From Hydrolagus affinis (lineage: Eukaryota), in contig JAAILG010000409.1 in assembly GCA_012026655.1 (NCBI GenBank), positions 1 to 64,000 on the forward strand: a stretch of 64,000 nt of DNA, in the 5' to 3' direction. This document shows positions 24,466 through 37,898 of the stretch, piece by piece. The translations under genes were made by a program, and so were the position numbers. The notes under the pieces are model-generated. The model saw only the letters and a list, made by a program, of their open reading frames with translations. It ran no database searches and was not told the DNA's origin. Every line of letters begins with the position of its first letter. The first letter of the stretch is position 1.

Positions 24466-24779
24466 AGTAAACAGTACATATATTCTTGTGGATGTATGCA
24501 TGTGTGTGTGTCATAATTCTCAGAGGGAGATTTTACTGGCATTTTTAATTCAGTATCTTTCATTTTGAGCCTCAGTAAAATGCAACAAATTGTACAATAC
24601 TTAGCAGGGTTGCAATGATATATTAGAGCAGTTAAACCATATCTGGAATGTAGCTAGTTTTATTTGTAGTTAGTGTAATAATTGGTGTACTCACTGTCAC
24701 GGTAATTAACATCCTGATCCTTACTTGCATCTTTCTAAACTGATACTGACATATGGCTTAGCGACAGGGCTCTACATTG

Positions 24780-25620
24780 GCGGATAAACTAATATCCATT
24801 GGCAGAAAGATAACAAGTCATAAATATCTTCGTACTACTTTATTCTTTGACTAGAAATTTGCTTCCTCTTTCCCTTCAGATCTTTCCATGCTACACACCG
24901 AATACGATCAAAATAGCCTTGTTCCAATGCCCACTCTGTGACTAGTCAACAAATCACGTTGCTAGTGTATTTTCTAAGGCTCCTTAGTTTTGAAAGATTG
25001 ATTCTGAAGCTGAACAAGCAGTCACGTTCCTTTTGCCGTGACAGACCAGGTCAACCACTCCACTCACTTCTGCATCATTCAATAAACACATGTCTTCCTC
25101 CTTGTACTGCAGAGCCAGCTTCCTATTGCCTGTGGGAAGAATCATTATTTTTTGAAGAAACGTGTAAAGAGAAGATACCATTGAACTTTTGATAGACCAA
25201 CTGTTTTGTCGAAGGGAGGTAATTCTCTTATGCCTGAATAATGGGAACATAAATATGAAATCCTTTGTTGGTTCCCACTAAAATTATTCCAAGCTGAATA
25301 AGAAACCCCTAACGTCCCAAACAATGGATGGAATACACTAAGCTGAAGTTCTCGTGATATGCACCTATAAGACGACCGCATAAATCAATACAGATTCACA
25401 AGGCGTTTGTGAAGCCACTGTGAATGAAGATGAGACCAAATGGGAACACTTTGTATTGGGAATGTGGACCCTGGAGATCCTCCTCTTCTGTGGATAACTT
25501 GCTGATGTCTCTAAGCTGTTTTCAAGTCCGTTGGATTGTAGTAAATCTTGGTTGCCCATATTTCTAAATTTGGGTCTTTTGGGTACTTCCTTTAAGGTCA
25601 GAGCTTCTGAATTGAAATAT
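24780..25620 (-). mobile_element. Possible decayed L1-like ORF2 fragment
   Basis: Overlapping minus-strand ORFs with weak L1-like peptides (HIPN, AWNNF, NGIFSL); no decisive motif. Confidence 0.3.
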
Positions 25621-26072
25621 AACCGAATAACCTATTGTATGGCGTCTCCAATGAATGTATCTATTGAAACGTATTCTATTGACTTGCATGTAGCTGAAGT
25701 TTAGGTTTAGGTTAAAGTTGGCCCACCCAGCAGAAAGAGAGGAGTTTCATCTGGTTTATAGTTCAGCAAACCCCAAGAATTTTCTTGCTTCACATTCATA
25801 AAGTGCAATAGAAATGCAATAGATTAACTTGATAGAATGCAGCAGGAAATTGCCATGATTTGGTGCTGAGTTCAGTTATCAAGCCTAATGAAAAGGTATC
25901 TGGATCGGTTCAGTTGGTACCATTTGTGTGAAGGCCTTAATTACATTCAACTCAGCCTGGAGACAAATGGGCAGCAAATGACCAATACAATAGATCCAGG
26001 GCTTTTTACTGAAGAGCCAATAGTGTGTATTATGCTACTGATTCCCACTTTTCTATCTAGCGGTACAACGTA

Positions 26073-26212
26073 CAAGTTCTTAGATTTCTTATGAATTAAG
26101 GGATATGGGCATAAAGCGGGCAGGTAGAGTTAGATTAGAAGATCAGCCATGATCTTATTGAATGGCGGGGCAGGCTCGAGGGACCGGATGGCCTACTCCT
26201 GCTCCTTATGTT
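26073..26212 (+). mobile_element. CR1 LINE 3' end (shark HER1/HE1-like tail)
   Basis: AAGGGATATGGG...GATCAGCCATGATCTTATTGAATGGCGGGGCAGGCTCGAGGGACCGGATGGCCTACTCCTGCTCCTTATGTTC. Confidence 0.85.
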
Positions 26213-26899
26213 CAAGGTTCATCCTACAGTGTTTATTTGTAATGTAAATTATTGAAACATGCAAATGTAATTTTGTTGTTGTTATTTTTGTTGAAACATG
26301 ACTATTTCTTCGATGTTCCTGGCCCTGGCACAAATTGATGAGAATGCAGTTGGTGGAATGACTGAAAAATCATTAAAGGCACCTTGGGTCATGGAGTGCT
26401 GTAGGGGTTGGAGTAATTAAATACTTGCTGTACTAGTTGGTCACTTCATCACAGATAGTGACTGAGTGAACCATAAGAAGAGTAGGAAAAGGGCATGTGA
26501 CTCAGGCTGTAACGAATAATCGTCTACAGTTTTGGTGTAACATTACCTCCACCATGATAATTAGTTTGTAGCAGCTGAAACGCATTGGTTGCAATGGTGT
26601 CAAATTATCATAATATCTCATCAAGCACAATTATTACTTTTTCCGACTTCCCTTTTATTAATTTTTTTTGAATTTAAAGACTAAGTCACAAAATGGATTG
26701 CATTCATAGATCTCACATAATGTCATCTTCTAACATCTTTGTCAAGCGCGTTGGATTAATGGGAACAACAGAAGATATGAGTCTTGCCTCGCAAAGAAAT
26801 ACTTAGATGTCCAGTTCTGTTATGATTGAGTGGAGATCGAAGTTGTGTTTGAAGATACTTCTTGGCACTTGAGGGAATCCATGTTGTCTGATGTATGCC

Positions 26900-27295
26900 G
26901 GCCAGTTGGTAACACTCTTGCCTCAGAATCAGAAGGATATGGGTTCAAGTCCCATACAGGGACTTGGAATCACATAGTCTTAATCTGACCCTCCATTGCA
27001 GTGTTAGGCATATGCTACATTATTGAAGGTGTTGTCCAATGAATGAGATGTCTGTCTGCTCAGGTGATTTTCAAAGAGCCCATGGGACTATTGAATAGAG
27101 AAGGGACTATTCTCTCTGCCCAGTGTCCTGGCCAACAATCCTCAAATAAAATTGGTCACTCCCTCCGTGGCTGTTTGTGGAACATTGCTTGTATAAAGTT
27201 AGCCTACAAAAAGTCGCTCCACTTCACCTTATATCTGGAATGTCCTTGATGTGAAAGGTGCTATACCAAATGCAAGGCATTATTAGTATTATTTT
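26900..27295 (+). mobile_element. Full-length old DeuSINE (SacSINE1-like)
   Basis: tRNA-like head CAGTTGGTAACACTCTTGCCTCAGAATCAGAAGG..GGGTTCAAGTCCCA; Deu-like core GAATGAGATG...CTCAGGTG...CCCATGG...GTGTCCTGGCCAA...GCTGTTTGTGG; L2-type tail. Confidence 0.8.
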
Positions 27296-30200
27296 TATCA
27301 AGGTTATTTTATTTATTTTCATAAACCCTTTTGCGACGATCGCAAATTGGAGCCACATGTCATTAGGATTCACCAAGGGAAATCATGCATCAAAGCCATT
27401 TTTGCTTGCTCATCAGGAGAAGTGCAAAACTGCGTTACATAATCACTTGAAGACACACTGAGAGTCGACTGAAACACCTAAGTTCTGTTAATTGTTCATT
27501 TTCATGAAAATAGCAGTTCTTCATGCCTTATAACTATCCTATTGCTGAACACTAGTTCTCCTGTCCCTGAGGTACATCAGACGTCTTGACAGGTTTAATT
27601 TTGTTTGCATTAAGAAATAAAGTCTCCTCGCTGCTCCAATTTTACTTTGATTTTATTTAGAAGACAACAGGGCATTAAATTACTGCCATTTGTCCCATTA
27701 GTGTGAGTGATGTATTTGGTTTAGTAATACCCTGGAAACCGGTGGGAGCTTTAAGCAGTGATTAAGTTTTGGTTCTATTAGAATGTGTGAAACCGAAGGG
27801 AGGTAAACAGTGAATCCGAATACTAGTATTAAAAATTTTAAATTGAAAGCGAAACGATGGCTTGATAGGGCACTATTGACATTGAAACATCATGATAACA
27901 ATGAGTGGGTCTTTGACTATAATTTGTGTAAACAACCTTTAAATACTTTTTTAAATAGTTGTTAATTATGCATATTGCTTTTACTGATCCGCAAAGAAAG
28001 CTTTCATGATCATATATAATGCTGGTAATTGTAATACAGTACAAGATTATACTGTGTTTGGTAGAAATCCTCAATTTTGTTTCAAGTCAATACTTTGAAT
28101 AGCTTGTCCTTTGGTTGAAAACAACTACTCTATCTAATAATAGTTGACTCTTTTTAAAAAATAAATAATGGATTATTAGAAACTGAAAGCCAGGTTTCTG
28201 TTTAATGCTCACAAGAGCATTATCTTTACCAATATCTGTAATCCTCGACATTGTGTCCCCTCAAATATGATGTGAGGAATTTATGCAACACCCTGTAATC
28301 CATTGAAAGTCATTACCTGATGGCACAGACACAACCATTGCCATGTAATCCTATCTATTGGTGTCACAAGTTGGCAATGCACACTGGACAATCCAGGCCT
28401 AATCCTCCAAGAGCCTCAGAGATAATGCAGTTATGCGATGCATTATGCAACATGAATATGTTTGGATTCGCTTGATGCTGTTCAGAGTGACAAGTGTACA
28501 AAGCTGGTACAATCTGGCTAGCACAATTGAAATGACATTATTCAAGGTGGCAGGAGACAGGGTTTTAGACTACCCAACATGAGGCATTTGCAATTAAAAA
28601 ATTATACGAGTATTTAAATGTAAATACAAGATTGTGACTCGAGGAAAGAATCATGATTGGACTGTATTTCAATGGAGAATTTAACAGTTCAAAATGAATA
28701 TCTATGTTTTTAGTCTGAGTTTTCAACTTTTTAATAAGTTCTTGTAAAGTTTATAGAGCTTAGTAGATCTAATAATGCATCAAGAACCATTTTATTTTAA
28801 TGTCACGGACCATCTCTGTGTGATTTAAAAATACGACATAAAATCTCTCCACTGACATTTGCTTGTTACACATACACACAGTTGAAGGATAAATAAAGAA
28901 GGAATTCACGGTAAATTATTTAATCTGTGTTGCATTTGATAGTACAGTAATAAATTATGAGATAATTGTATTAAACTTGGCCATATAAAATTATTTAACT
29001 ACAGTACACTTTTGACTTAATGAATTTGATAATTTTTACTTGAACGGTAGGATTCCTTATTACATCTGGACAGAGTGTAACATTATTTCCCTCTGTTTAA
29101 TTTCGGTCCACCACACTCATTTTGAATATACAGTATTTGGGGGAATGTAGTATGGAACAGAAGGAAGGTTCTTATTACAGTTTAATCACTGCAGCATCTT
29201 GATAATAATTCCCAGTGACGCTTTTTATATCAGGTCTGTAGTTAAAGCTGAACTTGAACAAAATTGCACTTCACTGAGTGGCCATTGAATTATACACACC
29301 GACGACCTTTCAGCTTGATTTGACTTTGCTTTGAGTTTAATTACTAGACATTTCTGTGAATCGCTCTCCGTTTAAAATGTTTTTCAAGGTCGCTTCATAG
29401 TGTTCACATCGAGGCAACATCTCCCGTTAGAAGATCCTCCAGTATATTGTATCTTATTAAACTTCATATCAGTGTGGCTGTTATTCTCTTCAGGATGTTA
29501 TTCATTTTAATTGTAGCTTTTGGGAGCTTGTTTCAAAATACTGTCAGGGTGGGGGAAGGAAAGCCTCCTCTTTTTCTGATAACCATCATTTAACAGAGAG
29601 TGAGAGAGTCAAGGCTACAGCTATATTTTGTATGTTTTAACAATGTACTTTGGGGGCAATTGATGGACCTTAGAGGGAACTGGATGTAATTTATGTTACT
29701 TTTGTTTCCCGGCTGATATGAATCCATAACACACAACTGCTCGTAATTTATAATTAATTCAAACTAACTTAAAACTCTCACCAATCCAACACATAAAAAT
29801 AAATAGGTTTCGCAACTGGAAATGTGAAACTAGTGTAGTGGGGATTGCCTTAAGGTTTGTTAATGGCTTGTTTATAAAGCCTCCTGATCTACTTCGCCGG
29901 TGGAAAAAAAAAGGTTTTGCAATTTCCTCAGCATGTTATTGTTCGCTGATTTTTCTGGGGGTAAAAAAAACCAAAACTCCTTAATCTTTTAGCCAAACTA
30001 CAAAAAAAAGTTAGAAAATTGCATTTTTTTCCGAATCAGCAAATTCTTGACAAAGAAATGCTAGGTAAGTTTGAGAAAGGAGAGCTGAAGAGTATATATG
30101 GCTGAACCGTATTTTGATTGATCTGGGTTGCTGACACTAGCTATAAAGTGCATCATGATTTTATTGTTCGCTTTTCACTTGTAAAATGAAAATGCAGCTT

Positions 30201-30454
30201 TCTTCACATTTTTCTTTGTAAGTCTTTTAGCTTGTCAGTTAAAGAAAAAGTGTGCGTAGGCTGGCTGCAGGTGAAATTGTCCGGTCAGAGGTAAACTCTT
30301 TGCTCTGCTGGTGCTCAGAAGGAAATGTGTTATTTGGACATTAAATTCACTTTGGGCAGGATTGGCTTACACATGCATTTTGCAATGTATTTTAATACCT
30401 GTTGATGTTGAGCGTCACTTCCCACGAAGAACAGCACCGATGGAAGCAATAATT

Positions 30455-30598
30455 AATAAAATAATAATAATCCTTGCAAAAAATCCTTGTAAATAATCCT
30501 TAATAATATCTGTGGGCGAAACACGACAACCGATTGCGCACAGCAGTGTCCCACAAACAGTCGTGGATTGAAATGACCAATTTATTATTTTTTTTAGG
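30455..30598 (-). mobile_element. SINE family A fragment with rearranged tail
   Basis: Body GTGGGCGAAAC...CACAGCAGTGTCCCACAAACAG; the tail hairpin is replaced by three AATCCTT repeats. Confidence 0.8.
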
Positions 30599-31659
30599 AG
30601 AGGAAATTGATTAAAACAAGCAATAATATCATGCCTGAAGTGAGGCTTGCCATGTTTTAGGGAAACAAATGAGAACTCACGTTTGTAAAAGAAAAAACCC
30701 TCTCTTCCCACCTTCCAGCACCCCCAACAAATACTGAAATAGCTCGTCTCTGAACGAGTGAGTGAGTAATCTACTTCTGAGCTGATTACATTTGGTTTCT
30801 TTCTTCAGTTAATCATAATCAAAAGCAACTTGTCAAAATACATGGAGCGGCGCGATTGCTGAATCAGTTTTCTAAGTTTAGAAATGTCTTTGCAGAAGTG
30901 AATAACAACAACAACTTTCATTTCTATAGCCCACTTTACTCAGTATAGCATCTTGGAACTCAGTAACATCATTGGCCTGAGAGTTTTTTTTTGCAGCAAA
31001 TGTCTTTGAATGCTCTACAAATGTAATTTAGTCGTTGTTGTTGACTGTATTAAGCTACAATATACTCTAATACACTTGATGGCTGTGATTTGTGAAGATG
31101 TACAGTATTCAGTGTAGAGGGATTATGCGGAAATGGGGTTAAAGCCCTACACAGCAGTTGAAGGCTATGAGTCGAACCACAATAACTTTAGTCATCTGAT
31201 GCTGACACTATTTCTATTTGTGTATTTATTTTCATGGAGGAATTTTTCAAAGTGAAAAACATGCTTGCTCCTGTTTAATCTCCAGAAGGTGGAGCTCTTT
31301 AGTGCTGTTTCAACAAAAATGCTCATGCCAGCAGACAAAAAAACATTGTAGGTTATTTATATATTTATTATAAGAGGAGGGAAAAAAAGGCGATAACATC
31401 CATTCCTTTGGATACTAGCAAAAACCACGGGCTGAAGTTAATCCTGAAATGGATCAGATGGATAACAAATCCAGTGTGGTTTCTTCAAGTGTTTCAAATG
31501 TGATATCTTCACCGAACTATGGCATCAAGTGATCCAGCGTCCATTTGTTCAAAGCAGAAAAATGGAAAGAGACAGGTTGGAAAGGCGGAGGTTTGATTGG
31601 TCCTGAAAGGCTAGAACAATAACCCTCGCCAGCCTCCACTGATTTCTTATCTCAGAATG

Positions 31660-31975
31660 GATTGAATGCAAGGTCTTCACCTTCATTCTCTAGGATGCCC
31701 CTATCACTCTGATCTCCCAATTCCCCACTCCCCTGCTTGACCCCACCCTCCCTCCATGCTCAGCTAACATAGGCCTGCTGTGTTTACCCAGCCCTACCGG
31801 TGATTCAGCCTGCAGTTATTAGGCCCCTTAATCTCTTTAACTCTTTCTACCTTTGTCACTCTGCCTCATCACTTCCATCTATTTTCAAATCCCACCCTTA
31901 TAAACCTACTTTTATTGTGTGCCTTTGGGCACCTCCCCTCTGCCCAATTCCTCCCTCTTCATTCTGTTTTTGAGT
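31660..31975 (+). mobile_element. L2 LINE 3' region relic
   Basis: Pyrimidine-rich decayed sequence with TTTCAAATCCCACCCTTATAAACCTACTTTT (FKSxLKTxLF-like) near the end. Confidence 0.5.
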
Positions 31976-31982
31976 CTTTCAT

Positions 31983-32258
31983 GGAGTCCTGTAGCACTCA
32001 CCTTACAAGCAGGAGACCTGGATTCAATTTCAGACAAGGTGCAACCTTGCACAAGTTTCCTTACTCCTGGCGCCTAATAATAATCCCTCAAAAAAAAATA
32101 TTGGTCATTTCAATCCATGACTGTTTGTGGAACACTGTTGTGCACAATTGGCTGCCGCGTTTCGCCCTTATATATACAGTCAATTCACTTTACAGTATAT
32201 TCTGTGAAGTGCTTTGAGATGTCCAGAAGACGTGAAATGTAAGAATTATTATTACTAT
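31983..32258 (+). mobile_element. SINE family A, full span, A box deleted
   Basis: GGAGTCCTGTAGC|ACTCACCTTACAAGC: TCAGTGGTTAGAGC is lost between two AGC repeats. Confidence 0.9.
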
Positions 32259-33595
32259 AACTGCTGTCCCATCCTGTGACCACTCCCTCACCCGCCACCT
32301 CCCACAAAAGTATACAATACCCCACGTGAAAGATGCCGTCTAAGTGCAGTTGTTGTTTAGGTTTTCAGCGTTGAGGCGTTATGTGAATATTACGAAATGT
32401 GCTTATTCTACGACAACCTTCTTTCGGGAAGAAATGCCCTGTGTGGTTTGATGGTCTCCTGGTAACTTTCGCTCACTTGAGTTGACCGACTGATATCGAA
32501 ACAGACAGGTCAGCGCCAAAAGGGAGAGAGAGACATAACAGTGAGGCTGCTGAAATAACATGATTGAGTTATCTCACCAAAGTGAAGCAATTTTTTTTTT
32601 ATTGTATCTCGCTTTGACTTGTTTTATTTGAGTTACAGTTTTGCAAACATAATTCTCAATTTTTATTTGTGAAGCTGTGGTAACTTCAAATGTGAGCACA
32701 AATGTGAGTTTTGCTTCGCAAACCGCCGGGGGTAAAATCCTTCCTGAGTTCTGGATTTACTCGATAAACGTCACAATTCAGAGTTGAAAGAATTTACAGA
32801 GGAACCGGCTTCAAAATCAACACTTGCCTTTCAGAATTTTGCCAGGTTTTGGATGCTCTGAAATTGTACTTCATGGAGGGAAACCGAAATCCCTCGCCGA
32901 CCTAGAGTCCAATTATTAAGAAATTCATTAAAATCCAGCAATTGATTTTAATGGTTGTATGGCGTACTGGGTACAGGCCAAAAAAAACTCATGACTGTCT
33001 AACACATGTGAGGTTGACCTCAATATTCTCACCTTAACCAAGTATTGAATGTGAATCAACATGTTTACTGACTGTAAATTGAAGATAATTGTTCACTTGT
33101 AGTTTTTTTTAACCTAATCCCCACTTATTCGCTTCCTTTGAAGACTGACCAAAACGACTTAGGCACCATAAAGCACCGTTCCTATCAAACATTTCCAGTG
33201 AATTGTTCACTTGATGCTGAAGATGGATGGCTCCTAATGACATGCATTTCAGGAAATTAGCGTTAGAACACATTTAATAATTCATACGGCTGCCTGCAGC
33301 TTAAAGAGCCGGTAAACTCCAGCTTGCTTCAGTTTAACCGATTATTTGCCTACTAATGCACAGATCAACCTGTCAAAAACTTGCTAATGGACTTGCGCAC
33401 CCAGTAAGCAGGGTGGTATCCAATACTGAAAGCAATGTTACAGCTATGGCTGCTGGTTTCGGTGACTCTACACGAGATTGTGATGGCCCTGCTTCCCATT
33501 CATTTGTGCTGTATTGCACAACAAAGACAGAAAGACTGATTAAGACAGAAGTACATAGATATACACCATTGGCTCGGTCCCGGGATCCGTTACTG

Positions 33596-33656
33596 TGAAG
33601 CACTCTGAGACGCCGTCCGGCATGGAGGGCGCTATATCAATCGAATTGTTGTTATT
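33596..33656 (+). mobile_element. L2-type tail variant C
   Basis: TGAAGCACTCTGAGACGCCGTCCGGCATGGAGGGCGCTATATCAATCGAATTGTTGTT. Confidence 0.7.
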
Positions 33657-33797
33657 TGGGGAGGACACATTTGAAGAACCATGGGGGAGAGCATGGGTGA
33701 GTGGGATTGAATTGGACAGCTCTATTGAAAAAGCCAGCACAGATACGATAGGCCGAATGGCCTCCTTCTGTGCTGCATAATTCTATGATTCCATGAT
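33654..33797 (+). mobile_element. CR1 LINE 3' end
   Basis: GAGTGGGATTGAATTGGACAGCTCT...GCCAGCACAG...GGCCGAATGGCCTCCTTCTGTGCTG..ATTCTATGATTCCATGAT. Confidence 0.85.
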
Positions 33798-34254
33798 ATA
33801 CTAGTGACTTTATGTGGGTCACCAGATTATTGTTGTGCAAATTCTGCAGGGTGATAATCTTGTAATATAATATAAAACCATTGGGGGTCAATGTTTAAAA
33901 CCAGCAACACTGTAATTGCTTCGAATGGTTGGAAAGTGAACCTTTTACATTTAGGTGCACTGGGCATTGACATTTGATGGGATATAGCAATGGAAAATTT
34001 ATTTTCACTTGCATTATTTTACCTCCATCTACAGGCTACGCATCCCTAGAGTTCTAGATTTTGGAGATGGATGGTGTGGAACTATCTCAAATGGAAAGCA
34101 GACCCAAAATGTCAAATTATGGTATTTTTTTCTTTGAAAAATATAGAACCTTGTGCTTTCCACCAATGTGAATTCACCAGTCACTAAGCTTATTAAAAAT
34201 TCACTCTGTGAATTTTCAATAACTGCAAAATATGCAGTCACGCGTTCCACTCTA

Positions 34255-34330
34255 GGGTATATTCTGTGAAGCGCTTTGAGACGTCTCAGCCACATGATAA
34301 TGTGCTACATCAAATGCAAGGATTATTATA
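34255..34330 (+). mobile_element. SINE family A tail
   Basis: GTATATTCTGTGAAGCGCTTTGAGACGTCTC...AAATGCAAGGATTATTA. Confidence 0.8.
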
Positions 34331-34814
34331 AAGTATACTCATGCTGCGGTCCCATTCCCACTGGTTGACTGTCAGTCCCAATGGTAATTCAATTACCTCT
34401 TGAGTTTCAAGCATTCAAATCAATGCACAGCCAAGCACAACTGGCTCGGACATCTAAGCGCACAATGTTCATTTTCTCTCTGGACAGCGGGGGAGGAAAA
34501 TAATGGTCGGAATGGGCACATTCATATTGTGAAAGCCATTGCCGAGCTCGCTTACCCGGGGGAGTAAGGAAACAATATGAATGCATCCAGGCCTCTTCCC
34601 CCATGTGAGATAAAGCTACTTTCTTTTACTTCAATCTATTTTGTTGTTTCTGGGATAACCAAGAGATTCCTTTCCTTCTTTCTGATGTGTTGTTAATTTC
34701 ACAAGTCGCAAAAGATAAAAGTGGTGGAAGCAGGCAGACAGGCTTATTGTAGATGGGTATATAGCCTGTACCTATTTTTAAAAAATTATATTAAGATTTT
34801 TTTTAAAAAATGGG

Positions 34815-34958
34815 GAGTCATTCAGTTCACTGTATGCCATTGTCTGCTGCATTTCACCCACAAAATCCACTTCACAATATATCCTGCAAAGCACGTTGCT
34901 TCGTCTCAACGACACGACAAAGCCGCCATATCATAGGCAAGGAGTATTACTATTATTA
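34815..34958 (+). mobile_element. SINE family A, diverged 3' half
   Basis: ATTGTCTGCTGCATTTCACCCACAAAAT...GGCAAGGAGTATTACTATTATT. Confidence 0.6.
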
Positions 34959-37739
34959 TCCACCAGTCTGTTGATATCATTGCAGGGGCACATTGCCAGG
35001 TACTTTAGTTAATCTCCAAGGAACCCAGAGCTGACAACAACATGCACTGCTGGAAAAGGTTAAAATCTGACTCGGAACAGAATGAATTGTTTTCTTTCTG
35101 GGGCCGCAGACTTTACACGCTTGTTTAAGCAGCATCAATCCTGCCAATATCAGTACAGTAGTTGCAGATTAATAATCCTAGCCTTTTTAAGGATTGGAAA
35201 AGGTCGTAACATTTGATTTGTAAAAATTGAGGTGCTATTGAGAATTCCCTCCGTCAATTATTATTTACACAGAGAATGTAAAGAAAATTGAATCAACAAG
35301 CCCGAAGCCAGACTTTCTTAGATGAGGATATGTGGGGTAGATTCGCAGCCAGAGCTGTAATCAGCTGCGTTTTAATGTTTGTTTCTGGAAAGTATATGTG
35401 TATATTAAATATTAATATAGCCAAACAGTAAACGGTTTTATTCATATCTGTCCCCACTGGGGTTGAGAATGATGGCGAGGTGAACAACCAAACACTAATG
35501 GGATTACCACCAATTATCACTACAGTTTCTGAGCTTTTCTTCAGCGGTGACTCCGAGCAAAGTTAAGTGAAAGAGATAAATGACCAAACCTATGCTGGTT
35601 GTCAACCTCACCTCTTCCACCACTGGAATCACATTCATTACTCATTCATCAATGCTGTTTTGTGACGAGGGTGTGAGGCATAGGGTCACTGGTTTGCTGT
35701 TCTGGATTCACTGTCTTGTTTTCCTGTACTACAGTTAGTCACTAAGCTACAAACTAAATGGCCTTTGAGATGTACTTTGAATATTTTGAGATGTTTCCAC
35801 ATCTTTAAGGTGCGTTGCCAAATTCCTTTTTAAAAAAAACTAGTTCCACAGGCAGCAGAAAAAAAAGCTTTTTTTTTCAATTGGTTTATAATATGTGAAA
35901 ATATATTATATGTGAAAATGCATTGGATGGAAATTATTTTACAGAGAACTAGCCTTTTTTTGCCATGATTCGCAATTTGACTCAATTCTACAACCTTCCT
36001 GGGTGTCTAAAGCATGATAAGGTACTACATCAAATTATTATTATGATTATTATACCTCAACGTTGCGCCTACTATCAGGTAAGAACCATTTAAAATTATA
36101 TAATTTAAACTGATTTTCCACCCTTTCTTTTGGGGTGATAAACAATTCCAATAAATGTTTTAAAAATGAAGATTTTCCCATTTTTTTCTTCTCTTTTTTG
36201 TGGAAGGAAAAATCGACTCCACAAATACCCGGGGTTTTACTTTGCAAATTAAAAATGACTTGAATGATCGTTACCAGCAGGTCATCGGAGGAATGAAAAA
36301 CTTAATTCAATGTCTCTTCCAATTCTGCTTCATACACAGACCTCAGCTGAGAGACTGCAGCTTGATGGGAGAAAGTCATGGAGTGATGCTTAACCTTGTC
36401 CACATCGCTTTAAAATAAAACGTTGCCAAGCTATAGCTACATTAGCAAAGCGAGATGACAATACCAGTTCTTTGATGCATATTAATGATTGAGGCATAAC
36501 CCAAAAAAATGATTAAGAATGGTTTGTGGAATGCACTCTATCAAAGTTTAAGGCAGTGCACAAGGCACACTCGCAAAAGCTTCAGTGCATCAAAGTAGGT
36601 CCCTGAGGGCTGATGCATGAGCTGTAATCTAAAATATTGACTCTATATGGTAAATGAAGCTAAGAATCCTGTTCCAAGTGAATAGCCCTTGACAAATGAG
36701 TATTGTAAATGAAAGGGCCCAAAGGCCAAAGCAAGGGGTATAATGGAAGCTGTTTTCTATGATATCCTTCAGCTGGCGCTCTGCTCACTCTTTTACATCA
36801 GCCATGGAAAAGCGTTTGCGTAGCTTGTGAAACTTGTCCTCTGAACAAGCACCGCTCATGACTCCAATTCCAAACCTTTTTACGTATTTGGAAAAATATA
36901 TCTATTTCCATTTTTGAATTAGCATTGTAACCAGAAGATTTATAACGCAGTATGTGGAATAAGATATTTAAGGGTTGATGTACCACCACCATCTCAATGT
37001 GTTGTCTTTATGAAGGTAGTGGGACGTCCTTTATACATCTCTTAAATCCTCTGCTACAGTGGATTTGATGGTGAAACCACTGATCTTGTGCCAAGGTTAG
37101 CACAAATGCCAAAAAAAGGTCAGGAATGATTCATGTAAAGTAGCTACTATTTATAGACAGCAAAACTATAGTGTAATGGTTTTTGGTACCATTAAACATT
37201 TTATAGGAACGATGCTGCTTTCCTAGCGAGCAGGGTACCTCCGGACATGAAAGGGGCTAGCTATATCAATTCCAAGGATTATTATTTACTATTATCTTAA
37301 TGTTATAATTGAAAATGGATTTATAATTGGTGCTGCAGAGAGCAATCAATCAATGAAATATCTTTCTTTAAAAAAAGAATTTGTCACATCTAGAAAATTA
37401 ACTTCATGTTTGCAATTTACATCAGCTATTGTTTGTCAATATTGTGGTGTGTAGCAAATGGTGGAGGATTTGAATAAATCAATAATCCAGTCAATTATTA
37501 CTGACTAAATTTAAAGTAAAATTTAAAAAGAAATCACTGCAACATGCTTGTTCTTGAGGTGAGCCAGGAAGGGGTGGGTGGGCGAATGGGTGGCGATGGA
37601 ATTAATGGAAAATATATGCAATAAAAATACATTTTTGTTGTGTAAAAACAAATGAAAGAAAAATCTAAAAGAGCACTGGGGGAATGTGCGGAAGAGCTAA
37701 CCATTTGGATTTTGTTTCATCTCCCATGTATAATATTAA

Positions 37740-37898
37740 TTATTATTAATAATAATATTATTCTGCAATGGATATAGCACTTTTCACATTTTCTAGGCTT
37801 CTCAAAGTGCTTCACAGAATATACTGTAAAGTGAATTGACCGTATATTTGTTGGCAAAATGCGCTAGTGAATTATGCACAGCTGTGACCCACAAACAA
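37740..37898 (-). mobile_element. SINE family A 3' half
   Basis: CTCAAAGTGCTTCACAGAATATACTGTAAAGTGAATTGAC...CCCACAAACA. Confidence 0.85.

Noticed and set aside
30425-30450. REST/NRSE site (ACAGCACCGATGGAAGC)
   Set aside because: Only the CAGCACC half matches; the GGACAG half is absent.
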